A DNA stretch of 61,015 bases, counting the filler, from Sphacelaria rigidula (taxonomy: Eukaryota): NCBI GenBank assembly GCA_964200075.2. It is 10 parts of 10 records of this genome, joined end to end, with 100 filler letters (N's around TTAATTAATTAA, not from the genome) between each part and the next. Parts side by side here need not be neighbours in the genome. Positions count along the whole stretch, not along the records: positions 1 to 6,012 come from CAXNAA020022808.1; positions 6,113 to 12,124 come from CAXNAA020022809.1; positions 12,225 to 18,236 come from CAXNAA020022810.1; 7 more parts are not named here. One strand, written 5' to 3'. This document shows positions 1 through 13,400 of the stretch, in pieces. Every line of letters begins with the position of its first letter. Positions within the stretch are counted from its first letter, which is position 1. Below the pieces are notes generated by a model. The model was not told the DNA's origin. It saw only the letters and a program-made list of their open reading frames with translations, and ran no database searches. The position numbers and the translations under genes were made by a program.

Positions 1-448
1 CACACAGTGGACGGAGCGAACACGGATTGTGGGTCATGCCGTCCATACACCCTCAAAACGGCGTCTCTGCAGCCCAGACTGCGCGACACATCGCTGGATG
101 CATGTTCTGACACGCGGGTGCGTTCACCTCCACGTTATGACCTACTACCCAGCTTCTGCGCCGTGAAACAAACATCGATCTGTGCTGGCACCCATTGCGG
201 ATGATGACATTTTGTGCGGTACAAATGCTCGTATTGTCTGTAGAGGTCCTCAATTCAGGAGGCACGGCCGCACACGCACTGTCAGTACTTTTAGGCGCTG
301 AAACTTCGTCCGCATGTCGTGTATATTATAGGCGACAACCTCATGTTGCTTAATCTGGAGTAGCGTTGTGAGTGCGTGCGTATCGGGGCGAAAAGATGTC
401 GGATTCTGTTCCGAATCAAGTTTTTTTTTTCATTCGGCGCAACACTGT

Positions 449-548
449 GAAGGATGATTCCCTCCCTGCCTATTCTTCGGCTCCACTTTGGTACCACACC
501 CGCCCAGAAAATGAGCGTTCGTGCACAGAACAATTTCAACAAATCTGT
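449..548 (-). repeat. Internal fragment of MITE family H1
   Basis: TGAAGGATGATTCCCT..GCCCAGAAAAT..CAACAAATCTGTGA matches 3306-3408. Confidence 0.7.
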
Positions 549-1574
549 GAGATACGGCGCACATACATTTTTATATTTAAATCAGCATATATATTACGAG
601 CAGAGGCACTACGTGACCTAAATCTGGATATTGCGTCTCAGTTTTTGAGAGTTGTGCTATGAAGTTTGGGATGGAGAACCGCCAGTGCATGACGAAAAAA
701 TAGCTTTTTCGTTTTTTTCGTTTTGTTTTCATCTTTTTTCGTGTTTTTAGGAGAGTTTAGAGGAGAAGTGAACATTGCTCTTGAGCCTTATCTCAATTTT
801 TCAGCTCAATTTTTAGGACTGCGATTTGAAACTTGGCATGGAGAACGACAGAGGTATGCTGAGTAAAAACAAAATGGACCTTCATTTCTTTTTTCTTATG
901 AGAGGTTCGGGCGTTCTCGTAAAAAATAGTCGCTACAATACTAAAACGACCTCAATCAGTGAAAAATTAAAATTAAAACCGACATCACCCATTTTTCTTG
1001 GTTCATCATGACCTAGCGAGGTCCCGCACAAATTTTCAACCCACAAACACGAAACGTGGGCCGATAAACTGCCTGCAAAGTGTTGTTCCGAATTTCCCCC
1101 GGCCCGATTTTTCGAAGGTAAATTCGTGATTTTTTCTTCGTAGTTGGGTGTGTGAGGTCCCGTTTTTATTTTATTTTTCATTATTCAGGCTACTTCTTCT
1201 GTTGTATAAAAAAACACGTTTTCAGAAAAGCCCTTTTTCAACAACACGTTTTCCAACAGAATTTTTCAAAGTAGCGCCCTTCTTACGTGATCGACGCACA
1301 ACCACATCAACATTGGAAACGCAGTGTTCATCGTTTTCTATGAGGTGTGCAGGCATAATTTCAAATTCTGGGGCATGTCAGAGAGACGCAGCACTCTGCT
1401 GTCCTGTCGTGGTGTACGGTCTGTACTGACTGTGTGCATAACGCCTCCTACCTTCATGACAGTGTACTACTGTGCTACATTTTGCCTGAGCGATAAATAC
1501 ATGGTGGGCTGCGTGACGCAAGACCATCAATAAGAACATCGTCTTGCTGTACCAACTGACTGTAGCAGTGACGG

Positions 1575-2692
1575 TTGTGCTGTTTTTGCAAAAATACTAA
1601 ACGCCTGTTGCCCCATCACTGTATGTCAACATACGTACGTCAGTTGCTACAGATTCAGGGGACCTCGATTTTCGACGGATCTGAGGCGGGCTCTTATCAT
1701 AAGTGAAAATTACTTTTCAAGAAATCACAGTTGTGAAAAACGATCAATGATTGGTTGTTGCGATACCACCCCCCCTCCCCGAAAGGTGCCAAAAAATCAC
1801 TATTTTTGCTAAAGTGATTTTGTGACAACTCGAAAGGGAACATAAAACATCCCGTTGACAGGGGGCATAACCGAAGTCTTGACAGACAAGTCAAGACAGT
1901 CAAACGTGAACTTGAGTACGGATTGCCCTCCCAAACTGAACCGAACCTGGGTACGCATTGCTGCTCATCAGCTGAGTACGCTGTGCGTGACCTTGCTCAA
2001 ATCGGTTCAGAATTTTTTAGTGAGCATTGATGATTTGCGTGAGACGCGCGCACAGCACACGCTCAAAAACAGTCAGCAACGGCCCGTTTTCGGTTGCTAT
2101 TTGACACGCACGCGGCCGCCTTTCATCTAATACTGGACGGATTTCCGTCAAACAAAAGCTGTCGTGTATAGATAGATGATGAAGAGCTAGCGCTTGAGCT
2201 AATGCGCGTGAGTGGTGGGTGTCTATGCGTCGGTTTTCATGGCTAGATGTGTCGGCGCTGTGCTACCTCTTTGCGTCTTGTCCGCAGCAGTACAGAGGTA
2301 TTGAACTAAAGGCCACTTCCAGAACCGCCGCATTTTTTACCTGTGCGCAGATCTGGGCTTCGATCTGAACAAAGTTGCTTGTCGATAAGACGCAGCACTG
2401 ATCATTGTCGGGGCAATCACTTCTCCAAAAGCGATTTCTTGAAAAGTGATGATCCCTTCTGATAAGACCCCGCCTGAGCTCAGACTCGGGTAAAACCGTT
2501 CGCAAAACGTGACAAACGAATCTGAGCTTCCCCGATTTGGGTCAAATTGGGGGTCCATAAAATGCGTTACTGGATCTGAGGTCCCCCCATCTGCGTACAG
2601 ATCCGTTTTTTAGACTGCCATACAAGTCGGTCTGAGGTCCCCTGATCTGCGTACAGATCCGTTTTTGCAACTGCATGCAGTACAAATCGGTC
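1575..2692 (+). mobile_element. 3' part of MITE family H1, interrupted by the 1685-2474 insertion
   Basis: 1575-1684 and 2475-2630 are colinear with 19255-19517; ends TACAAATCGGTC+TAA. Confidence 0.75.
1685..2474. mobile_element. 790-bp non-autonomous TIR element (H2), PIF/Harbinger-like
   Basis: TIR GGCGGGCTCTTATCA / TGATAAGACCCCGCC, imperfect to ~45 bp; TGA duplicated at 1682-1684 and 2475-2477; empty site visible in sibling H1 copy near 2843-2866. Confidence 0.85.
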
Positions 2693-2698
2693 TAATTA

Positions 2699-3516
2699 GG
2701 CCACTTTGTATAGAAGCCGCAACAATGGATCTGTACGCAGATCGGGGGACCTCAGATCCGGAAACGCATTTTATGGACCCCAATTTGGCCCAAATGGGGG
2801 AAGCCCAGATTCATTTGTCACGATTTGGGAACGGTTTTACACGAGTCTGAGCTCAGATCCGTCGAAAATCGAGTTCCCCCGAATCTGTAGCAAGTGATGT
2901 ACGTTTGTTGACGTACCGTGATGGGGCAACAAGCGTTTGGTGTTTTTACAACAGCAGCAGCAGACAGTCTCATGGCAGCGCAGACAGTGCCTGCGAGCGC
3001 CGGCTGCTGGAGCAGCTCCGCACGGGGTTTGACAAGCGAAAAAGAAAAAATGTGGATGCCGTACCCTGCGGTGGTGGCGATACTGAATGTGTCGTCGTGA
3101 CGAACGGTATCCTACACTCAGTTGTCGCGGTTGTGGCAGGATGATGAATGACACTTCGCTCGTGAACTCTTAGCGCACACTGTGCAGTGTTCTCGCAATA
3201 CCAATTGTATCATCATGTAATACCACACGGCATTATTGTGTACTGTGATTGTGCAGTGTACTTCACAACATTATCCCTAGGGTACCACGGTACGACGCTG
3301 CTCTTGAAGGATGATTCCCTGCCTGCCTGTTCTTCGGCTTCAATGTGATACCACACTCGCCCAGAAAATAACCGTCCGTGTACAGGACAGTTGCAACAAA
3401 TCTGTGAAGCCATAAAGGGGTACACACGGATCTGAGTTGCACGCGTCTGGGTTCCCCCGATTTGGCACAGATTCGGGTCCCGCCACATTCGGGATTGGCT
3501 GCCATACAAAGTGGTC
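2699..3516 (-). mobile_element. MITE family H1, full-length copy (Harbinger/Tourist-like)
   Basis: Termini GGCCACTTTGTAT / ATACAAAGTGGTC flanked by TTA and TAA; reverse complement of 18660-19517 over most of its length. Confidence 0.85.
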
Positions 3517-3689
3517 TAAACCATCTTTTCATGGCAACGAATCTCGATATTTTCGAGAACCCGATATCTTCAGAATCGAGGGGAATCAAATTCGCGAACT
3601 CAGAGTCGGGGGACCGCTTCATGGTCTTACAGATTCGTGAAATAGTTCTGTGTACTGTACACAGACAGTCATTTTTTGGATGAGTTGCG

Positions 3690-4265
3690 TTAAGCCGAAG
3701 AGCAGGCAGGCGGTGAATAATCCTCAATCATTTTCAAGTACAGTATCGCACCATGGCACCCTAGGGCAATACAGTGCAGGACACTATTATTACCGTACAT
3801 GATAATGCTGTGTGGTAATTCACGATGACACAGTCGGTATCGCGAGAATAGTGAACAGGAATGTGCGAGAAGAGTGCAGTAGTGCAGTGCCATACTCACC
3901 CTGCAAGTACAGCGACAACTGACTAGGATCGTACAGCATCGCTCGTTATCGTGGCACATATGGCTGCGCAGTGCAGGATAAATATTGACATCGCCACAGG
4001 GTACGGTGTCAACACTGACTTTTTGTCCGCTTATTATATTGTCAAACCCCGCGCGAAGCTGCTCCAGCAGCTGGTGCGTGCAGACACGCCCTGCGCTGTG
4101 ACGAGATTGTCTTCTGCTGCGGTTGTAAACATATCAAACGCCTCTTTCTCTACCGTGGTGCGTCAATGTACGTACGTCACGTCCTCACAATCGGGGGGAC
4201 CTCAGCTTTCCCCCGATTTGGCACAGATTCGGGTCCCGCCAGATTCGGGATTGGCTACAATGCAA
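3690..4265 (+). mobile_element. Diverged relative of MITE family H1
   Basis: Colinear similarity to 18846-19345 (AAGCCGAAGA.CAGGCAGGC, ACCCTAGGG, GCTGCTCCAGCAGC), then a copy of the 3452-3500 subterminal block. Confidence 0.7.
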
Positions 4266-6012
4266 GTTGGTGGACTAGAGAAGCAGGCGTCCTTGGAAGA
4301 GAGAAGAGAGGTTTCCACGTCAGCACGGATACCTGGCGCTAGAGACCAGCCATCGTCGCGCGTGTGGCAGTCGGATGGGAAAGGATGCACATTACTACGA
4401 AATGGGACATTGTTCATTGAACGATATAATGTATTGTATACGCGCATGGCCATACCCGACGAAGTTGACACCGTGTGTTCCCATTGCCTGTACAACGAGT
4501 ATTACTGTACTCCTGGCTGTACGACGCTAGCCACGCCTCGAGAGAGCTAGAATACCCGCGATACATCCGTGAAAAAAAAACAAATTTAAGTCCGCCCTCT
4601 GTCCTATTCTGAACCAAGTGAAAGCTCTGCAGGAGGGCGATCACGCGCCTGCCAGGGAACGGTCAACACCTTGACGTGGGAGCATATCACCCAAGAATAC
4701 CCAGTTGATCCTGATAAAAGAAAACTACAGCAACTGCCCCTGTCATTTTCAGACCGTCGTGGTAAGCGCCACGCCAAGTCTGGCACTGCGAGGGGGGAGA
4801 CGTTGTCCCCCGCCCGAACATATCCGCAGTGATCCTTGACAGAAGACACACACTCTTCTCCTTGGCTGTATTGTGCGGCCGCGTCTTGCCCGGCACGGAA
4901 AACTCGGGTTCATCTGACTCTCACATACCGAGACTCCTAACTGGTGATTATTTTTCGCCTTGGTACCAGCCTCGACCAACAGGGTGGGGCCGATGTAAAC
5001 AACACGGGTGGCAAGGTCTCCTCCTGCCTCCGTACGGATTTCATATCGTCACCCTCTAGAATTGTCAGTAGATAGTATTTTTGTTTTCGGAATCACCGCA
5101 GCATCGTGCAAAATCATCCTTTCAAGCCACGCAGCGCACAAAACGCCTTGGGTCGCCGGAATTGCTGCGCCAACACCTACCTGCGGCTTCAGTCCATACA
5201 TACGTCGACTTTTAGTATAATCAGACGTCAGGTGTACTGTGTTGGGGCGCCTCATCTCCAAAAATACCACCTTGCTCCATATTTTTGAAAAGGAATAACA
5301 CTGCGAGTTCTCATGCATCTCGATTCCTTGAGTTTGGAACCAAACCATGATGAATCGTGGTTGCCCCAAAAGCTATACAAACGATCACTTTAAATAAAAA
5401 ATGTGGAGGTTCGACTCACAATCTTGAGGAAGACGAACACGTCCATGGTATCCTGGTCTTGTATTGGAATCACCGCAGGCTCCGAGCTATCACCATCAGA
5501 CTTGAGCACCGCAGGATCAGCATCGACGACTGCTGCTGTAAGTTGAGGGCCCGAGTCACCGCTGTCGTCTACAACATTCCGGGAGGAAAACGCCGCCATT
5601 AGCAACTCTCCGCTTTTTGTTGTGTGAGACCGTTCTGGTCGCTTTCGGCGTTGTTCTGCTCCGTGATCGTCGCCGGCGCCGGACGAGATCATCCCCGAAG
5701 GTACCCTAGGAGCAGCAGACACCAGCTACTAACGAAGGCACCGCGGAGGTGTCGCACGGAAAGCCGATGGTAGTATCAGGCCCCGTCTCACTGGGATAAA
5801 AATGAGAGTGAACCTGTCAGAACTAAAATGAAAAATTTAACTATTTGCTCACCCTTCCGATTGGTGGAGGGCTGTTGTTCCATGTTCATCGCCCTCTCAT
5901 CAAAATGATTCATTTTTGAATTGATGCAGGGGTGCACGAGTTAAAATTCCCGCACACCTACGTACAGTAACACACCCCCCCCCCCCCCCCCCCCCCCCCC
6001 CACCACCCCCCC

Positions 6013-6112
6013 NNNNNNNNNNNNNNNNNNNNNNNNNNNNNNNNNNNNNNNNNNNNTTAATTAATTAANNNNNNNNNNNNNNNNNNNNNNNNNNNNNNNN
6101 NNNNNNNNNNNN
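6013..6112. other. Artificial scaffold linker
   Basis: N44-TTAATTAATTAA-N44 (stops in all six frames). Confidence 0.99.
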
Positions 6113-7804
6113 GCTGTCATGAGCGGGGTACTTTAGTCACACACACTCGACTACCAGTACCCGCACGTGCGCATAATTTTATCCGCACGTGTGCATGTTC
6201 ACTCAGTGTACCTGTTCACATGAACATACGATACCCCTGAATACTATTCTGCATGTTTCATTCCGAGCGATGTTCCCCAAATACCCCCACAGTTGTCACG
6301 AATCCTATCCGAGGGGGAGGGTGCCAGCGCTTTCCGTCGCTGGATCAGACCCCGTTTGGGACCGTCAGGAAGGATATTCAAACTACATACAGCTGATGCG
6401 GGTTCTAAATTTAAAGAAACGGTTCGGATTTCGCAAGCGCGTTGCACTACAGTAGTATTGTTCGACAGCCTCACGCGAAACCGGTTCTCAACACAGCCAC
6501 GGCGGAAGTGGCCATAAAAGGCGTGATGGCTGGTTCACACCGGGTGATGCGCCTCGCATCGGCACTACTGGCGAAACAACCCCAAGCGTGAGACTAACCC
6601 TTACCCCCATTGTGTGTGTCTGCAGCTTTATTGTGGGGCATCCATTTGATCCAACTAACCAGTGTACGGTAGTGGTGCTGTACTCTGGTGTGCTGGTAGA
6701 TCTCAGCAGACTGCTGAATGATGCTGCGTTTCAAAGATCGTGGCGTCTGTCGCCGCATTGTATCGTTTCGCTGAGGGCGGTCGTCGCCGGCGGAAAAGTA
6801 TGAAGTCTCTCTCAGATACTCAACAAGAGGCGCTTGAAAACTCGATGACTACTTCAAAGAAGTATGTTTCCAGCATGCTTTGTTATGTGTTTCGTAGCGC
6901 TTAGACGCAGGTCCTGCTCAAAAGATGCCGCACAATCAATGACAGCGGGTTTTCTGTTGGATTGCTCATCATCATGCTTGCGCTGCCGTGTAGAAACTTC
7001 TGGGTTAGGGTAACATGGTCGAAACCGATTGCGAATCCCGAGCCTTTTGGACAAAACAAATGAAATTTCAATGGTCCGTTGAACCTCACCCAAATGTAGA
7101 AACTCAGAAACGAATGCAGGCTGTTCTGGTGTCTGAAACCAGTTATTTTTATTTTATCTGCATTCTTTGAGGTAAGTTTCAAGACCTCGTTCATTTCTGA
7201 AACCAGCTATCGGCACCCTTCAAAATAAATTACGAGACCCGGTTTCTGAAACGAGCTGTATGTGCATTCTTCACGATAATTTCTGAGACCTGGTTTCTAA
7301 AAGCATCCAATCATTTTGATGTGCTGTGTAACCATTTCTTCGTGGCAGTTTTCGAGTGTTTTTTTCTGGCGGGGGCGGCGGGGGGTATCACGGCTTCACT
7401 CAGGATCGGTGAAAACTGTCCGTCAGTGGCGCACCCCTATAAGAGACGAATGTGCGGTCCGACGGGAATATGAAAGGTCAACCTGAAGGCATTCCCCGCG
7501 CATGTTTCTTGCACTCAAAACCGTCCGCAGTGTATCATCATCACCATCGCCACAAATTGCTTGGTCTCCTCCATGTATCGGTGCGTCATGCGATTATGTG
7601 GCAATAACAGCCTGCAGCCCATGGCACCCCAACAAACTGCAACGCCACGGGAAAATGGACAATAACCAGCGACGCGTGTCTACCGCTGACCACGGGAGTA
7701 TAAATACCGGCAGCTTTGACCTTTCCACCGCCAGCATGGGCAATCTGGGTCTCACGTTTACTCTTCAAGTGCAACTGATACCGATTCAACTGATGACACC
7801 TTCT

Positions 7805-8110
7805 ACGATAACCCCCCCCCCCAGAAAAATACAATAAAAAAATGGGCGGTTTGGGGAGGCAATGAAAAAAGTCGAGCACAACGAGCAGCTGGGAATTTCC
7901 ACGCTTGGGCTCATTTTCGCCAATGTCGCCCATATGAGGCGCTTCATGCAGCCTGGAACCAAACATCAGGCGCTGTATCACCACTTTCGTCGTGACAGTT
8001 TTGGGCTGGAATTGGGACCGGGGGGCTATCGCAGAGAGACTCGTCGGACGACCCGCCCTGGAGTGGACAATGTGTTGCGTAATGTGCAATACTGCCAAGG
8101 ACGATTTCAA
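7805..8110 (+). repeat. Unclassified interspersed repeat
   Basis: Colinear with 37935-38290 (TTTTCGCCAATGTCG.CCATATGA, GGGGGCTATCGC). Confidence 0.7.
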
Positions 8111-11100
8111 GCGAGGTACCGTATAGAGCTAGGACAGAAGCCCAGAGAGATAGAGGGTTTCTATGACGACACTTACTCGTCTTATCGGCCAGAAGTTTCG
8201 GGAGAGCCTGATTTGTTGGAAAGTGATCGGTGACTCACGTCATTCGTGATCTATCTAGACGTTACGTTTTGTCGAACGCAGTATAATTGTAACGTGTTTC
8301 AAAAACAGACACAAGAGGGTATAGGGGGGGGCGGGGGGCGGGAGAAAGCATTGACAGGAAAAATATTGGAGACATTATTTTATGATACGTGAGACATATG
8401 ATCATCTCATCACTGATAACGTGGATCATGGACCAGGAGTTGTGGACTTGTCAGATATTGAGTCTCGAACAAGAAATCGATCGACAGGAAAACTGCTGGC
8501 ACGGCATTCCTCAAGTCCAAGGGTCAGTCGAATAATGATTCGTTCGAAAATTACTTGCATTTAGTGTCACTGATTCGTACCGTACGATTCAATCCTTGCG
8601 CTTTGTTTTAAGCTTTGCACCTCAAGCACGCGCACCCCAGGCACGTGGAGAAGCGCCAAAACAAATGGTAAGGGGGACGTTCTTGACCCGGGAGGTCAAC
8701 GTTTTTATATATTGCCGACCAAACAGACCTCAGAAAGATGAGATTTTTGGTTATTCGAACCAGTCATCATGATGATTCGTCCGAGTCTCGATTCCTTCCC
8801 TCTCTCTGGAGAATGATTTTCGATACAATAAGCGGCGTCCAACAGTGGCAAGAGACGCTCTGAGAAATCGAATCTCATACTGGGAACTCGCGCGTTCACG
8901 CTGTTTTTGATGAATGTAGGTGTTTTGTCTTTGGATGCGAGGGCGGCAGAAACAATTACAATCGTCTCAGGCATATGTATAACGGGCACTTTTGTGGATC
9001 ACCAACACCAACACCCCCAACACAAGAGCAGGTAACCAAGAAGGCGAACACCCAGAAGGAACAACAAGAAAANNNNNNNNNNCTGATGTTTTAAGGGCCC
9101 TTTTGTGGATCCCCCCCCCCCTCCCCCCCTCCCATGTGGCCGTATCCACATGCTATACTATCCAGAGATTCGTCCACGAAACGGACGATGCATCGACAGC
9201 TTTTTCTGGAGAACTCTACAAAATAAGGCCGAGGATTGCTGTTGAAAAAAAGCGTGCGATGGCTTCTTACAAATTTTCAAATGGCTGCTTACTTTCCGGT
9301 GGGAAAGTCGCGATCGATAGATGGATTGAGTTCTGCCTCGGGCGCGTCGATCAATCACACGAGTCTACAAGACACTTGTCACAAAACAAAATGCACGGTG
9401 CACGCACGCATGACCGTATAAAGAAAGGCACTTCATTCCAGAAAAACGGAATATTCATCGTAATATGTACATACGTGTGTGTGTGTGTGTCGGGGGGGGG
9501 GGGGATGGGAAGGGCTTTGCGGAAGCTAGGGGAATGTACCCTACGCCAAGAGCGCGAAGCGAAGCACGCCAACCCCCTAAGAAGCGCAGGACGCATCCCT
9601 GGAGTAAAAGGCTCCAGAAAACCCCACGCAGTCGCTAGACGCGTACGCCAAGTCCAGAACCTGTGGTAATTTTTGGCGTCGAGAATGTTCGAGGACGGGA
9701 GTCGGGGTGACGCTAGCCAGCGCGATGATGGGTTGAGTAAAAGATTGGGTTGTTCTTGTCATCATAGTGCTCGGCCGCCCTTTAGCATGGTTATGTTTTG
9801 AGAATCAGAAGCGTGGGGGAGAAATACTCTCACTTATTGCTCGTGGTGATGCCCAAGATGACCGTGCACCAACGCTCACGATGGCCACGTCATGTACTAG
9901 AAACATATTGTCCATTTTGTTATCGATGATCATCATCAAGAGTCGAGCGAGTGCACCGGTGAACAAAACTCTGGCGCTCTGGAGTCGGGGCGCGAACGGG
10001 GGATAATCGCGGGCGGACCCCAGCCAGGCCAAGCGGTGGCGCAAGGCTAAACAAATGACATACAGATGCATTGCTACGCAAATACGTCCCCGCTGTGTGT
10101 TGGCGTGGATAGTGGCTCTGTAGTACATCGTTGGAATGAACACCAATAAACTTTGCATAATCCAGTCCAAGTCATAGAAAACAGAGTTACGGTACCCTCA
10201 CACGTGTACCGGGGGCGGTCATCATGAGTCAATCTAGTTGGTTCGGATTGCCCCAGCACTGAAATCTTGACAACCGGCTGGAAACGAAAAATGGGGGGCG
10301 GGCGGGGTGATCCTGGAATACAGGTTCAGAAGAAACGCGCACTATTATCTACCTTTTTCGGCACGTGTTATGAATTACTCAGGTGTCGTGCAAAATGAAG
10401 ACGCGTGTTTCTAAGTGTCCATCATGGTTACGCTGACCATCGTGTTATCAGAATTGACGAAAAATTTAGCCAACGTCGTCTGCCCCAGGCGCAGTTACTT
10501 ATCGCCCATTTGCAATAGATATGTTATATATCGGAATAGTAAATTAAGTATGACCAGTCTACTGACTACGGTGTCTTTTTTATCGCGTTGAACAAAATAA
10601 TAATGTCACCTGCAAGCCGTCATATTTTGCCGCACGTTCCCCGGCCGCCATGGTAAGGATCTCTCGCATGTCTACGCGGACGACCTGCGGTTGTTGGCGC
10701 GGTATTTATGTGCGAGAGTATAGTCATTATAAAACCCTCGAACCATATGACGGCTCAGGCGTTCCCATCTTTCTGTTGAATCGTCCTCGTGTTTACTTCA
10801 AAAATGACTGTCAGACCCGGGTGCCAATCTCCAAGACCCCAACGTCGCTAAAGCTAGTAAGACCGAAAACTTCCTCCCAAACGTTGAGTCAAGCCCGTTC
10901 GAAGGCTGTTCGTTGGTGCTGTATGACCAATACCATCAGGAGAAAACGCACGAAGAAGGCAACACAGGTCAGTGTTGCAAAGGGGAGGCCTTTCGTCGGC
11001 AGGATCTCCGAGAATCGTGATTTATGGACGCATTAAAAACTTGCTCTCATCGGGGGGAGGGAGGGAGGCGAGTGATGTTTCAAGGAAAAAGTTCAAATAG

Positions 11101-12124
11101 TACGGCTTCGTAACGTTCTTTACGGGAGGAATCAGCGGCAAGAAATTCTTGGTGTTTTTTTCTAATAATGAAACGCACTTTTGTCCGAAACAACGCTGAT
11201 CCAGCTTTCAGACATATATATATTTTCATTCTATATCATATTTTTTAACAGAGTACACGCTACGGGTTGAGTGCATAGGTGTTCACAGACCCACAGCAAG
11301 GCATGGGGTACACAAAGTGCTCCCATTGTGATATCCTAACACGACACACCAGGGCTTACCCTTGGAGCTTCATTATACACGTACTATTAAGCCAGAACTC
11401 ACGTCCGTGAATGATGAGCTGTCGTGGCACAAGGAAAAGACCTCAAGAGGATGGCGACCGAGGATGCTTGTATGAGAGGCGAAAAGGCCTTCTTCGCAGA
11501 TGGCAAGGTGTCGAAAACAGTCTGACGACGAAGGGCTGCTACTCTCAAGCATGTATATTAAGATATGTATATATATCACAAGAACACGCCTAGAGTATGA
11601 CACAAAATACATGGTAAGCTCTGAAAAACGCTTCCTTGCGATCGATCCGCAACAGCCGCGGCGTGAAAGAAAGGCCTACGAACAAATGCTTGTGCTCAGG
11701 GGGGCTCCGGTCACTCAAGATCAGGCAGTCACGCACACATATGCAGAGGTGGTAAGCGCTCGGACGTTCCTCTCTGGACAAGCGACTCGCTTCCAGTCTG
11801 ACGATGCCGTCCACTCTGTACATAGTGGTGACCCGATCTCACACGCGAATGAAGGGGTGCCGATCCCGCACGGGGCAATCAACTCTTCGATCATGATGAA
11901 CTTTAGATCTTCATCGTGAGAGCAGCGGTATGATAACGAGATCAATATATGAGATCATGCATGAAGTGAGTACATTGTACGGTTAGGACGGATCATCACG
12001 GGTTCGAACCACCAAATCCACGATTTCTTCGACCTGATTGCCCAAAAGGGAGGGAAAAGTTGACCGCTGGTCCGAGGGGTATCCACGCAACTTTTGCGCC
12101 ATTCCACGTGTCTGGGCTGCGTGT

Positions 12125-12224
12125 NNNNNNNNNNNNNNNNNNNNNNNNNNNNNNNNNNNNNNNNNNNNTTAATTAATTAANNNNNNNNNNNNNNNNNNNN
12201 NNNNNNNNNNNNNNNNNNNNNNNN
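12125..12224. other. Artificial scaffold linker
   Basis: N44-TTAATTAATTAA-N44. Confidence 0.99.
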
Positions 12225-12293
12225 GAAGATTTTAATCCTCCGGGTTCTCATCCTCAATGAAAAGCACCATCCTCAACATAGATGATCGGCTGT
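12225..12293 (+). mobile_element. Terminal fragment of the foldback MITE family seen at 40764-41596
   Basis: TCATCCTCAATGAAAAGC..ATGATCGGCTGT+TTA matches 41522-41599. Confidence 0.7.
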
Positions 12294-12905
12294 TTAATCC
12301 TGAGGCGGTCACATACGTGGATTTTCACATAAAGCCACTATATTGTGCAGACGCTAGACCCGTCATTCCTAACCAGCCTCATTGGTCGTTCTTGAGGCCC
12401 GATCCCAAAAGGGTTAACCTATAGACTATACATTTCTCGGCTGGTGACCTGAAGAACCCGGTTGCTTTATACATGTGGCCTGATGAACGATCTGTGCATG
12501 ACCCTCTAATTCGTACAAGTCCGCGTGATGGTGACCTGTATGACTCGAGTATTCGTACCAGGGTTTCTATAGGTGATTTGTATACTATTTATCCGTATGT
12601 CACCTCCTTGGGCACGCCTGTATCATCCGAATCAGGCTTACTCGGAACGCCAACAACCACCTGTGTATCCTCATAACTCGCACAGATACCTCCCTCGTGA
12701 TCGACGATACCCGGAACACAAGGGTCGTTCCATAACTAGTTGCACTGACTGTGTCATTCGAATCGTGTACACAGATGTGCTCACATTGTACCTGTTTGAC
12801 CCGGGTGACACCGATAATGATATACCCGATTTGTGTTTTGTTGAACATCTTGCCCCTAATCTATCCGCGAGCTAGGTGTAGAACGGCGACCGTGAAGACT
12901 CAATC

Positions 12906-13400
12906 ATGCCACGCGTTCCTACTAAGGGGGATAATCTCACCACGGCGACTGACGATTCAATGAAGGAATACTGGGAGACACGCGCCAAGCAGAAGGAACA
13001 GATCGAGGAAGAGCGGAAAAAGCTCGAAGAACACATGAGGGACGCTGGGGTAGAACCTGTGAAACCATACGACGACAAGAATGATCGCGATGACCAAATC
13101 GCCCGACTGAACGTCGGAGGGTTGCATTTCGACGTCCCGTATTCCGTATCTCCGGAGATCGTCAATTCATCGCGAATCCTGTCCGCTCTTCTCCTCGGCA
13201 TCTGGAAAAACGAGCGGGTACCGCGCGACAGCAGCGGGCGCCTGTTTGTGGATGCGTCGCACGAGCTTTACACGGAATTTCTTGAGGTATCAGTGCAATA
13301 CTACAAAAGCTTGGCGAGGTCAGCGACACCCTACTCACCGTTGACAGGGCATGATGCACCAGTTTCCAGACCCGCTCCCCAAAACGGAGATGCTGCCGAG
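12906..13400 (+). CDS. Exon encoding a coiled coil plus a KCTD/T1-type BTB/POZ domain (partial gene)
   Basis: IARLNVGGLHFDV...RVPRDSSGRLFVDASHELY matches the KCTD BTB signature LNVGG...D..G..F.D; phase-0 donor GAG|GTGAGA at 13400/13401; possible acceptor at 12881. Confidence 0.8.
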
